Made by a program: the position numbers and the translations under genes
The notes under the pieces: model-generated
Seen by the model: only the letters and a program-made list of their open reading frames with translations
What the model was told of the DNA's origin: nothing
Database searches by the model: none
Source of the DNA: Erysipelotrichaceae bacterium
Lineage (GTDB): Bacteria; Bacillota_I; Bacilli_A; Erysipelotrichales; Erysipelotrichaceae
Length of the DNA: 64,000 nt
NCBI GenBank assembly: GCA_013334325.1
Contig: JAAXXT010000007.1
Coordinates: forward strand, 7,983-71,982
Reading direction: 5' to 3'
Shown here: positions 19,056 through 27,789 of the stretch, one piece after another
How the letters are laid out: each line of letters begins with the position of its first letter
Numbering within the stretch: position 1 is the stretch's first letter

Positions 19056-20406
19056 GTTCTTTGAGCTCCTTGATCCATTCGGCGGCGAAGTCAGTGGTAT
19101 ATCTACCACTAATGAAAGTTGAATTAAACATAGTGAAGTAACAGAATTCGATGTTGTTATCGATCCCATCGATGATGAATTCTTCTAGAGCCCCTCTCAT
19201 ACGCTTGATCGCATTAAGACGAGTATCCCCAAAACAAATCAACTTCGCAATCATCGAGTCATAAAAAGGTACGATCGTATATCCGTTATAGGCCGCACTA
19301 TCGATACGAACATCTTTTCCACCAGGGGCATGATAAAAGGTGATCTTACCAGCTGAAGGCTTGAAATCATTTCTAAAATCTTCGGCGTTGATGCGACATT
19401 CGATTGCATGACCTAAGATCTTGATGTCTTCTTGAGCGTAAGGTAAAGTACCTCCACCTGCAGCTCTGATCATATTTTTGATTAGATCGATCCCAGTGAT
19501 CATCTCAGTAACAGGATGTTCAACTTGGATACGAGTGTTCATTTCCATAAAGTAATAGTCGTTTTGATCATCGAGTAAGAACTCTACAGTACCTACAGAA
19601 TCATAATTGACTGCTTGGGCAGCTTTTACTGCATCACTACAGATCGATTGTCTTAAGGCTGCGCTTAAGTAATGACAAGGTGCTTCTTCGATGACTTTTT
19701 GATGTCTACGTTGAAAGGAACAGTCTCGTTCAAACAAATGCAACACATGACCGTGTTTATCGGCCATGATCTGGACTTCTATGTGTTTTGCGGCTTTGAC
19801 GAGTTTCTCGATGTAGATGCTTTCATCGTTGAAGTAGTTCTTTGCTTCTTGACGAATGATCGGATAAACTGTCCTAAATTCTTCATCGTTATTGACGATA
19901 CGTATACCTCGTCCACCACCACCTGCAGCTGCTTTGATCATCAAAGGATAACCAAAAGTAGACGCTTGTCTAAGTCCATCTTCAAGAGAATCGATGGGGT
20001 CTACAGAACCTGGTATGATGGGTACTTTAGCATCTTTCATCAAACGACGAGCATTGATCTTATTACCCATAAGATCGATACAATTAGAATTAGGCCCAAT
20101 CCAGATCATTCCGCATTCTTCTACCAAACGTGCAAATTTTGCGTTTTCAGAAAGAAAACCAAAACCAGGATGGATCGCATCACAGTTTTTTAAAGTCGCA
20201 GCGGAGATGATGTTGTTGATGTTAAGGTAACTGTCTTTTGAACTGGGTTTACCAACACACACTGCTTCATCAGCGATATGGACATGTAAGGCATCCTTAT
20301 CAGCTTCTGAATAGATGGCTACGGTTTTGATGCCAAGATCCTTACAGGCTCGTATGATCCTAACCGCGATCTCCCCTCGATTGGCGATACAGATCTTACG
20401 TAACAT
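19030..20406 (-). CDS. accC: acetyl-CoA carboxylase biotin carboxylase subunit
   Basis: 458 aa from the ATG at 20406 (MLRKICIANRGEIA, the usual AccC N-terminus; AGGTG 6 nt upstream). ATP-grasp motifs GGGGRGIR and EMNTRIQVEH. Confidence 0.95.
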   Translation of the reverse strand: MLRKICIANRGEIAVRIIRACKDLGIKTVAIYSEADKDALHVHIADEAVCVGKPSSKDSYLNINNIISAATLKNCDAIHPGFGFLSENAKFARLVEECGMIWIGPNSNCIDLMGNKINARRLMKDAKVPIIPGSVDPIDSLEDGLRQASTFGYPLMIKAAAGGGGRGIRIVNNDEEFRTVYPIIRQEAKNYFNDESIYIEKLVKAAKHIEVQIMADKHGHVLHLFERDCSFQRRHQKVIEEAPCHYLSAALRQSICSDAVKAAQAVNYDSVGTVEFLLDDQNDYYFMEMNTRIQVEHPVTEMITGIDLIKNMIRAAGGGTLPYAQEDIKILGHAIECRINAEDFRNDFKPSAGKITFYHAPGGKDVRIDSAAYNGYTIVPFYDSMIAKLICFGDTRLNAIKRMRGALEEFIIDGIDNNIEFCYFTMFNSTFISGRYTTDFAAEWIKELKEREHSILQT

Positions 20407-20845
20407 ACGCATCACCTATACTGATGAGTTTTTGATTGTATTCCACCATGGTCCCATTATCTGCGTTGATAAGGGTTATAAAACCACTACGATGAGCTTT
20501 TATCTCATTCATGACTTTCATGGCTTCTATGACGCAGACCACATCTCCTTCTTCTACTTTTTGACCTAAGGTCACAAAAGGAGCTGAAGTTGGGGAAGGT
20601 GAAGAATACAAGACTCCAACCAAAGGTGCTTTTACCCACACATGTTCATCCTCAACGAGGATCTCTGGATGAGCTAGCGGAGATAGTGGAAGTGATGATT
20701 GTGATAAAACTGGTCCCACTTGAACTGGTGCCGTTAATTCCTTTTTTAAACGGATCTTAGAACCATTTAGTTCTAGTTCCATTTCTGAGATCTCGCTTTT
20801 TTCAAAAATCGCGATGATCTTTTTAATTTCTTGGATGTCCATCAT
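20396..20845 (-). CDS. accB: biotin carboxyl carrier protein
   Basis: 149 aa. Pro/Ala-type linker and the biotinylation motif EAMKVMNEI. Confidence 0.9.
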   Translation of the reverse strand: MMDIQEIKKIIAIFEKSEISEMELELNGSKIRLKKELTAPVQVGPVLSQSSLPLSPLAHPEILVEDEHVWVKAPLVGVLYSSPSPTSAPFVTLGQKVEEGDVVCVIEAMKVMNEIKAHRSGFITLINADNGTMVEYNQKLISIGDAYVT

Positions 20846-20862
20846 CGTCTTTCAAAAAGAGA

Positions 20863-21093
20863 CTAAGCTCCTTTTTTACCACTCACGACATCTACTACAT
20901 CTTGAACTGTCAATAATTTGACCAATTCTTCATCTTCGATACGAATGTCAAAAGCTGTTTCTAATTCTAAAGCCAATTCAACAGCAGATAAAGAATCGAT
21001 GTCTAGGTCTTCTCTTAATATCGCACTTGGGGTTACCAAAGCAGGATCGACGTGAATGGCATTAACTAAGACATCTTTGATTTCATTAAACAT
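20863..21093 (-). CDS. acpP: acyl carrier protein
   Basis: 76 aa, acidic. DLDIDSLSAVEL carries the phosphopantetheine-attachment DSL motif. AAGGAG SD. First gene of the operon. Confidence 0.9.
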   Translation of the reverse strand: MFNEIKDVLVNAIHVDPALVTPSAILREDLDIDSLSAVELALELETAFDIRIEDEELVKLLTVQDVVDVVSGKKGA

Positions 21094-21131
21094 AAGTGTT
21101 CTCCTTGAGCTTTCTAAAAAGCATAGGCCAA

Positions 21132-21159
21132 AGTATAGGGATAAAAGGAGTCTTGTAAA
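21132..21159 (-). promoter_or_regulatory. candidate sigma-A promoter of the acpP-acc-fab-plsC operon
   Basis: On the minus strand, TTTACA (21159-21154), 16 nt, TATACT (21137-21132), about 39 nt upstream of the acpP ATG. Confidence 0.4.
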
Positions 21160-21168
21160 GGCGTTAAT

Positions 21169-21190
21169 GTGAAATTACAGTGAAATTACA
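21169..21190. repeat. perfect tandem direct repeat, 2 x 11 bp (GTGAAATTACA)
   Basis: gtgaaattaca gtgaaattaca read directly from the sequence. It lies 10 nt upstream of the candidate fab -35 element, in the acpP/birA divergent region. Confidence 0.9.
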
Positions 21191-21238
21191 CGACTAAAAA
21201 ATGAAAAAAGCGCTTACACCCCTTACTAATGGTCGATG

Positions 21239-21247
21239 TGTTAAAAT
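21239..21247 (+). promoter_or_regulatory. extended -10 promoter element (TGTTAAAAT) for birA
   Basis: gatgTGTTAAAATag lies 19 nt upstream of the birA ATG. Confidence 0.45.
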
Positions 21248-21265
21248 AGATGTAGAGGTATCCCT

Positions 21266-22057
21266 ATGAGCAACAAGCTATCCAATAAACTTGACCAAGA
21301 ACTCATCAGAAGCCAAATCAGCCCCTTTTACGCTTTAGTCAATGTCATCGCAAGTACCAAATCTACCAACGATGATCTTAAGAAAAACACCCTTAAATAT
21401 GAGAATGCGACCGTATTATTAAGTGAAAAACAGACAGCAGGTAAAGGTCGCAATGGGAGAAGCTTTGTCTCTTTGGATCAAAAAGGGATTTATTGTTCTA
21501 TCCTATTGAAACCAACTTTTGATCCTAATCTATATCTAAAACTATCCATCTTAAGTGGGATCATCTTATGTGAAACCATACGTCAACATACAGGTTTGGT
21601 TCCTACTTTAAAGTGGCCCAACGATGTCTTGATCAAAGGAAGAAAAGTCGCAGGTATCTTATGTGAAAGCAGTTTCCAAGCTGGTAAACAATCTTCATTT
21701 ATCATTGGTTTTGGTTTAAATGTCTATCTTCAAGACTTCCCTAAAGAATTAGAAGACATCGCTACTACCTTAGAAGATAACTGTTCTAGACCTTTAGATA
21801 GAAACACCTTAACGATTGAATTCTTGAATCGATTGGCGACCTATTATCCTCGTTTAAAACAACTCAGTCTAGAGAAAATGGCAGCTCCTTATGAACTTAG
21901 GACAGGCACCCCTATCACTGTCCATGGCCCTCAAACAAGCTACAATGCCTTGATTGAAGGTATTGAAGACGATGGTCAACTCTTGATCAAAGTAGGTGAT
22001 CGTACAGAGTCTTTGATCTCCTATGAGATCACCATAAGAGAAGACGAAACTCAATAA
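21266..22057 (+). CDS. birA: biotin-[acetyl-CoA-carboxylase] ligase, group I (no N-terminal DNA-binding domain)
   Basis: 263 aa. GKGRNGRSF (GRGRxGR-type) motif and KWPNDV. The catalytic domain begins about 20 aa from the N-terminus, so no winged-helix domain is present. Confidence 0.9.
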   Translation: MSNKLSNKLDQELIRSQISPFYALVNVIASTKSTNDDLKKNTLKYENATVLLSEKQTAGKGRNGRSFVSLDQKGIYCSILLKPTFDPNLYLKLSILSGIILCETIRQHTGLVPTLKWPNDVLIKGRKVAGILCESSFQAGKQSSFIIGFGLNVYLQDFPKELEDIATTLEDNCSRPLDRNTLTIEFLNRLATYYPRLKQLSLEKMAAPYELRTGTPITVHGPQTSYNALIEGIEDDGQLLIKVGDRTESLISYEITIREDETQ

Positions 22058-22063
22058 AAAACA

Positions 22064-22097
22064 AACCGGATATGAGATAAACTCATTCCGGTTTTTT
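22064..22097 (+). terminator. rho-independent terminator after birA
   Basis: AACCGGATATGAG / ataaa / CTCATTCCGGTT (one bulge) followed by TTTTTCT. Confidence 0.75.
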
Positions 22098-22157
22098 CTA
22101 CTTATGATCTCATCATCAAAATGTATGGGTTTTCAGAGTTTATGAAACATAAATCAT

Positions 22158-22186
22158 TTGATTAAAGTGTGCCTGTGGTCTACAAT
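22158..22186 (+). promoter_or_regulatory. candidate sigma-A promoter of the aconitase operon
   Basis: TTGATT (22158-22163), 17 nt, TACAAT (22181-22186), 26 nt before the ATG at 22213. Confidence 0.5.
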
Positions 22187-22212
22187 AAGGTCATACTTTA
22201 GCGAGGTAAATT

Positions 22213-24147
22213 ATGGGACAAACGCTCACCGCAAAAATACTATCAAGTCACTTACTAAAAGGTGAACTAAGCATCGGCAGCGAAGTCGCTGTCAAAGTAA
22301 ATCAGACCTTGACTCAAGACTCTACTGGAACCATGGCTTATCTTCAACTTTTAGCTTTAGATCCTGATAAAGTCAATACTGATCTTTCCGTTGCCTATAT
22401 CGATCATAATATGCTTCAAACTGGTTTTGAGAACGCGGATGATCATGCGTTTATACAATCTGTTGCCCAACATTATGGGATCATCTATTCAAAAGCTGGA
22501 GGAGGCATCTGTCATCAGGTCCATCTCGAGCGCTTTTCTAAACCAAATACGATCTTGATTGGTTCTGACAGTCATACCCCTACTTGTGGTGGTGTAGGTG
22601 CTTTAGCGATAGGAGCTGGTGGACTCGATGTCGCCATCGGTATGGCCAAAGGTTTCTACTTCATGAAGGTACCTAAAGTCTATCAGATCATTTTAAATGG
22701 GAAACCTCATCCTACCCTTAATGGGAAAGACATCATTTTAAGCGTACTTAAAGCACTTACTGTCACAGGTGGTGTTGGCTATGTCTTAGAATACTGTGGG
22801 GATGGATTAAAATACCTTAGCGTAACTGATCGTGCCACCATATGTAATATGGGAGCTGAACTCGGTGCGACATCTTCGATCTTTCCTAGCGATGAAAATA
22901 CTCGCCAATATATGATTCAACAAGGTCGTCCATCAGACTATCTTCCCTTTTCAGCTGATCCTGATGCGAACTATGAGGCAAGCCTAAGTTTAGATCTATC
23001 TCAGATCGCCCCTATGATCGCAAAACCTCATTCTCCTGACAACGTGGTCAAAGTAAGCGAAGTCGCAGGATTAAAGATCGATCAAGTTGCGATAGGATCT
23101 TGCACAAACTCTTCTTATTCAGACATGATGAAAGTTGCGAGAATACTTAAAGGCAAACAAGTTCACCCTGATGTCTCTTTAGTAGTTACCCCAGGTTCTG
23201 CCAATATACTTCGTTTATTGGCTGAAAACGGCGCTTTATCCGATATGATCTCTGCAGGAGCTCGTATTTTAGAATCAGGTTGTGGACCTTGTATAGGCAT
23301 GGGACAGGCTCCTAAATCCAATGGGGTCTCCTTAAGAACCTTCAATCGAAATTTCTTAGGTCGTAGTGGAACTCAAAATGCCCAAGTCTATTTGGTTTCT
23401 CCTGAAACAGCAGCCTATTCTGCCATAGAAGGAAGCATCAGTGATCCAATGGCTCATCATGATGATCTTTCGATTATTCAACCTATAACCTTTGGTCAAG
23501 TCGATCGTTATTTTATATTCCCAAAAGGAAAACTAAAAGACAATCCTATTCAAATGGGACCCAACATCAAGCCTTTCCCTTTGGCTCAAGCACTCCCTAA
23601 TGATTTGACTTTACCTGTCTTGATCAAACTTAAAGACAATATCACCACAGATGATATCGTTCCTTCTCACGCTAAACTTTTACCTTATAGATCAAATATT
23701 CCTTATTTGGCTGATTTTTGTTTAACGTCTTTTGATCCTGAACTACCACTAAAAGCGAAAGCCCTTAAAGGATCCATCATCATCGCTAAAGAAAACTACG
23801 GCCAAGGTTCTAGTCGAGAACACGCTGCTTTGATTCCTTTATATCTTCAAGTTAAAGCTGTGCTCGCAGTGAGTTTCGCTCGTATCCATAGATCTAATCT
23901 CATCAACACAGGCATCTTACCTTTTGTCTTTGAGAATCCAATGGATTATGATGAGATACTAGATTCGGATTCAATACAGATCCATGATGTAGCCCATCAA
24001 ATTTCCTTAAGTGATCATATCGATGCGATCCTTATTCCATCTCAAAAAAGAATCGTTTTAAATCTTAAACTCAGTGAACGTGAAAAAGAGATCCTTCTTA
24101 ATGCGGGCTATCTTAACTACATCAAAGGTTTAAAGGTCACTCAATGA
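22213..24147 (+). CDS. aconitate hydratase (short, about 640-aa type)
   Basis: 644 aa. Cluster-ligand regions IGSDSHT, GSCTNSS and CGPCIGMG plus the swivel-domain GQGSSREHAA. Confidence 0.9.
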   Translation: MGQTLTAKILSSHLLKGELSIGSEVAVKVNQTLTQDSTGTMAYLQLLALDPDKVNTDLSVAYIDHNMLQTGFENADDHAFIQSVAQHYGIIYSKAGGGICHQVHLERFSKPNTILIGSDSHTPTCGGVGALAIGAGGLDVAIGMAKGFYFMKVPKVYQIILNGKPHPTLNGKDIILSVLKALTVTGGVGYVLEYCGDGLKYLSVTDRATICNMGAELGATSSIFPSDENTRQYMIQQGRPSDYLPFSADPDANYEASLSLDLSQIAPMIAKPHSPDNVVKVSEVAGLKIDQVAIGSCTNSSYSDMMKVARILKGKQVHPDVSLVVTPGSANILRLLAENGALSDMISAGARILESGCGPCIGMGQAPKSNGVSLRTFNRNFLGRSGTQNAQVYLVSPETAAYSAIEGSISDPMAHHDDLSIIQPITFGQVDRYFIFPKGKLKDNPIQMGPNIKPFPLAQALPNDLTLPVLIKLKDNITTDDIVPSHAKLLPYRSNIPYLADFCLTSFDPELPLKAKALKGSIIIAKENYGQGSSREHAALIPLYLQVKAVLAVSFARIHRSNLINTGILPFVFENPMDYDEILDSDSIQIHDVAHQISLSDHIDAILIPSQKRIVLNLKLSEREKEILLNAGYLNYIKGLKVTQ

Positions 24148-25163
24148 AGCACCTCATCACCCTTATCCCAGGCGATGGGATAGGTCCTGAAATCAGCCAA
24201 GCCATGATGGAAGTCATCAAGGCGACAGAATTACCTATCACTTGGGAGATCACTCCTGCTGGTCTTTCTACCTTAGAATCTGAAGGATCACTGATTCCTC
24301 AATCTGTCTTTGACTCGATCGAACGTAATCGTATCGCACTTAAAGGTCCTTTAGCGACACCTATTGGAAAAGGTCATCGTTCATTGAATGTCCTTTTAAG
24401 AAAGAAATATGATCTATACGCCTGTGTAAGACCCGTCAGATCCATCGCCAATATCTCCCCTAAATTTCCAGGTGTTGATTTGGTTATTTTTAGAGAAAAC
24501 ACTGAAGATCTTTATATGGGTTTAGAAGAAATCATAAGCGAAGATGAAGCCCATTCGATCAAAGTCATTACCCGAAGCGCTTCAACACGTATCGCCAAAG
24601 CCGCTTATGAGTATGCGGTCAAAGAAAATCGTAAAAAGGTCACCATCGTCACCAAAGCCAACATCATGAAAGCCTCTGATGGTTTATTTCTAGAAAGTTG
24701 TCGCGCTGTCGCAGCGCTTTATCCAACAATCATCACCGATGAGATCCTCATCGACAATATGTGTCTACAGTTGGTGGTCGATCCAACTCGAACCGACATC
24801 ATCCTCACTGAGAATCTTTATGGGGATATCTTATCTGATTTATGCGCAGGTTTGGTTGGGGGTTTAGGTTTTGTCCCTGGGGCAAATCTAGGCCAAGATT
24901 TCGCTCTTTTTGAATCCGTTCATGGGACAGCACCAGATATTGCTGGTTTAGGTATCGCCAATCCTACCGCGATGATCTTAACTTCTGCGATGATGATACG
25001 TCATCTGGGTTATGAAAAAGAAGCCTCATGGATAGAAGAAGCCATCCAAACTGTCTATTCTGATCCTAATAATTACACTAAGGATCTTCAAGGTCCCTTA
25101 AACACAGTCGAAATAACATCCGAAATCATAAAGGCCTACCTCGCCTTAAAAGGAGTCTCATGA
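24144..25163 (+). CDS. isocitrate dehydrogenase (isocitrate/isopropylmalate dehydrogenase family, probably NAD-dependent type)
   Basis: 339 aa. IPGDGIGPEI, LRKKYDLYACVRP, NLYGDILSD motifs. The operon context with aconitase and citrate synthase favours IDH over LeuB. Confidence 0.8.
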   Translation: MKHLITLIPGDGIGPEISQAMMEVIKATELPITWEITPAGLSTLESEGSLIPQSVFDSIERNRIALKGPLATPIGKGHRSLNVLLRKKYDLYACVRPVRSIANISPKFPGVDLVIFRENTEDLYMGLEEIISEDEAHSIKVITRSASTRIAKAAYEYAVKENRKKVTIVTKANIMKASDGLFLESCRAVAALYPTIITDEILIDNMCLQLVVDPTRTDIILTENLYGDILSDLCAGLVGGLGFVPGANLGQDFALFESVHGTAPDIAGLGIANPTAMILTSAMMIRHLGYEKEASWIEEAIQTVYSDPNNYTKDLQGPLNTVEITSEIIKAYLALKGVS

Positions 25164-26515
25164 AGAAAGCCGAAACCCAAGCATTTATCACAGAACACGC
25201 CAAAACCATAGAGATCAGCAATGTTATCCCTCAAGAGCTTTATGAACAAAACAACGTTAAAAGAGGCTTAAGAAACTCTAATGGGACTGGTGTTTTGGTT
25301 GGGATCACCCATGTGGGCAATGTGGTCGGATATGAAAAACTCAACGATGTGAAGATCCCTGTTCATGGACAATTGTATTATCGAGGAATCAGTATCTTTG
25401 ATCTCGTCGATGGCTTTCAAAAAGATCATCGTTTAGGTTTCGAAGAGACAACGTATCTACTACTTTTTGGTCATTTACCTAATCCAAAACAACTCAAAGA
25501 ATTTATGGATATCTTAGAAGAAGCTCGAACCTTACCTCATGCCTATAAAGAAGATGTTATCTTTAAGATCCCTGCCTTAAACATCATGAATAAACTACAA
25601 CGTACTGTTTTGACTTTGTATTCTTATGATCAAAATCCAGATGATACCTCCATTGAGAATGTCTTAAGACAATCGATTGACCTCATCGCGAAGTTACCTT
25701 TGATGGCTGCTTATTCTTATCAAGCCAAGAAACATTATTTCGATCATGAAAGTCTCATCATTCATACGCCTAAAAAAGGCGTTGGGACCGCAGAGAATTT
25801 CTTGTATCTTATTCGTCCAGATGGGAAATACACTCAGGAAGAAGTAGAGATGTTGGATCTCTTGATGGTCATCCAAGCAGAACACGGAGGCGGTAATAAC
25901 TCCTCATTTGCGACCCATGTGGTCTCTTCTACTGGAACAGATACCTATTCAGCTATTTCTACTGCGATTGGTTCATTAAAAGGCCCTAAACATGGAGGCG
26001 CCAATGCGATGGTCGAAGCCATGATCAAAGACATAGAAGCCCATGTCAGTGATGCCTCAAATGATGAAGCTCTAGAAGCTTATTTACGTTTGATCTTAAA
26101 GAAAGAAGCCTTTGATCAGAAAGGTCTCATCTATGGTTTAGGTCATGCGGTTTATACCCTATCCGATCCTAGAGCGATCCTATTAAAAGATAAAGCTCAA
26201 GTTTTGGCTCAACATAAAGGAAGACAAGAAGAATTTAAATTGCTCAATAAGATCGAAACCATAGGCTGTTCCCTTCTCAATGAGAAAGTCAAAGTCGATA
26301 ATCGTATGGCTGCCAATGTTGATCTCTATGCAGGCTTTGTTTTGGATATGTTAGGGATACCTGAAGAGTTGTTTACTCCAGTTTTTGCGATTTCAAGAAT
26401 CGCTGGTTGGAGTGCTCATCGTCTAGAACAGATCCTCGATGATAAGATCATGCGTCCTGCCTATGTGACATTAAGAGATAACACGACCTATCAGGCGATG
26501 AAGGATAGAAAATGA
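25160..26515 (+). CDS. citrate synthase
   Basis: 451 aa. GLGHAVYTLSDPRA (GxGHxVY..DPR) and the C-terminal R.AGW..H motif. Confidence 0.9.
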   Translation: MKKAETQAFITEHAKTIEISNVIPQELYEQNNVKRGLRNSNGTGVLVGITHVGNVVGYEKLNDVKIPVHGQLYYRGISIFDLVDGFQKDHRLGFEETTYLLLFGHLPNPKQLKEFMDILEEARTLPHAYKEDVIFKIPALNIMNKLQRTVLTLYSYDQNPDDTSIENVLRQSIDLIAKLPLMAAYSYQAKKHYFDHESLIIHTPKKGVGTAENFLYLIRPDGKYTQEEVEMLDLLMVIQAEHGGGNNSSFATHVVSSTGTDTYSAISTAIGSLKGPKHGGANAMVEAMIKDIEAHVSDASNDEALEAYLRLILKKEAFDQKGLIYGLGHAVYTLSDPRAILLKDKAQVLAQHKGRQEEFKLLNKIETIGCSLLNEKVKVDNRMAANVDLYAGFVLDMLGIPEELFTPVFAISRIAGWSAHRLEQILDDKIMRPAYVTLRDNTTYQAMKDRK

Positions 26516-27183
26516 TCAGAATAGGAATCCCAGTAAGGTCCATCAGTGGACGTTACGTCGTAAATCAAAACTATGTAGAGGCTTTAAGAAGAGCTAACGC
26601 AGAAGCCGTTATGATCTTGCCTACCACAGATCTAGACAGTATCCTCCCTTTATTAAAAGGCATCTTGATACCTGGTGGAGGCGATGTCGATCCAGGCCTC
26701 TACGATGAAGAGAACACCTTAAGTGATTTAATCGATCCAGTGATCGATCGCTTAGATATTGCCTTGATTGAACTCGCGCTTAAGCATCAACTAGAAATCT
26801 TTGGGATCTGTCGAGGTCAACAGATCATCAATGTGGCCTTACAAGGATCCTTGATTCAAGACATTCCAAGTTCAGTTAAAACGAAACTCGATCATAGTTA
26901 CAGTGAACATCATTCTGCCCCTACTCAAGGTCATCTCATCAAAGTCAAAGCAGGATCTCGTTTATCCACGCTCTTACCACCTGAGATCATTGTCAATTCT
27001 TACCATCATCAAGCCATAAAAAAACTGGCTGAACATTGTTCAGTCAGTGCTTTATCTGAAGATGGCATCATCGAAGCCATAGAAGGACCTCATCTATTGG
27101 CCGTTCAATGGCATCCAGAACGGATGATCGAAGATCCTCTATTCCAATCCCTCTTCGATGATTTTATTCAACGTTGTCTATAG
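26512..27183 (+). CDS. class I glutamine amidotransferase-like / peptidase C26 (gamma-glutamyl hydrolase, PuuD-like)
   Basis: 223 aa. GGGDVDP, GICRGQQIINVA (nucleophile Cys), QWHPE. Confidence 0.75.
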   Translation: MIRIGIPVRSISGRYVVNQNYVEALRRANAEAVMILPTTDLDSILPLLKGILIPGGGDVDPGLYDEENTLSDLIDPVIDRLDIALIELALKHQLEIFGICRGQQIINVALQGSLIQDIPSSVKTKLDHSYSEHHSAPTQGHLIKVKAGSRLSTLLPPEIIVNSYHHQAIKKLAEHCSVSALSEDGIIEAIEGPHLLAVQWHPERMIEDPLFQSLFDDFIQRCL

Positions 27184-27789
27184 ACAATGAGCTCTCATCG
27201 CATGATCAACTATGGGTTTTATCACTAAGACCCATTTTTTATAACCCAAATCATTTAAATGAAGATTATCTTCGATAAAAAGCTCAGGTTTAGGTTTCCC
27301 TTCATCTAGAAAATCATGTTGAAGATCGATAAAGGTAAAGCCTTTTTCCTTAGACAGATGCTTGATCAATCGATTGGCTTTAAGCACCTCAGTCAACACA
27401 TGAAATCGACTAGGGGTTGGGGTGATCGAAATATAATAGAACTTGGTTTGAGGACAATTTTCTTTTAGAAGCTTATAAAACGCTTCTACTTTCTCTAACA
27501 CATACTCTGCAGGAGCGCTGTCATTATCTCCGTTGATGTCGTTGGTTCCTGAAAACATGATCAATAGTTTAGGATCATAGGGTTTAACCAATCGATCAAA
27601 ATAATCGATGGAATCTTGAATACGGGATCCCCCAAAACCTGCCTTTACGACAGTATACGCTTTGAAGTCGTTTTTTAGGGTTTCCCAATAAACGATACTG
27701 CTTGAACCAAGAAATAGTACATCGACCGATTTTAATCCAAGATGAGCTTTTTCTATGGCTAAGACTTCTTCTTCCCAGATGCTGTTCAT
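27178..27789 (-). CDS. SGNH/GDSL-family hydrolase
   Basis: 203 aa. Block I FLGSSS, block II GFGGS, block III SGTNDI, block V DNLHLNDLGY. No signal peptide. ATGA overlap with the upstream gene. Confidence 0.75.
   Translation of the reverse strand: MNSIWEEEVLAIEKAHLGLKSVDVLFLGSSSIVYWETLKNDFKAYTVVKAGFGGSRIQDSIDYFDRLVKPYDPKLLIMFSGTNDINGDNDSAPAEYVLEKVEAFYKLLKENCPQTKFYYISITPTPSRFHVLTEVLKANRLIKHLSKEKGFTFIDLQHDFLDEGKPKPELFIEDNLHLNDLGYKKWVLVIKPIVDHAMRAHCL

Noticed and set aside
19672-20569. Plus-strand ORFs of 173, 78 and 84 aa antisense to accC/accB
   Set aside because: They lie wholly inside strongly supported minus-strand genes. They have no SD or recognisable motifs and show the odd composition typical of shadow ORFs.
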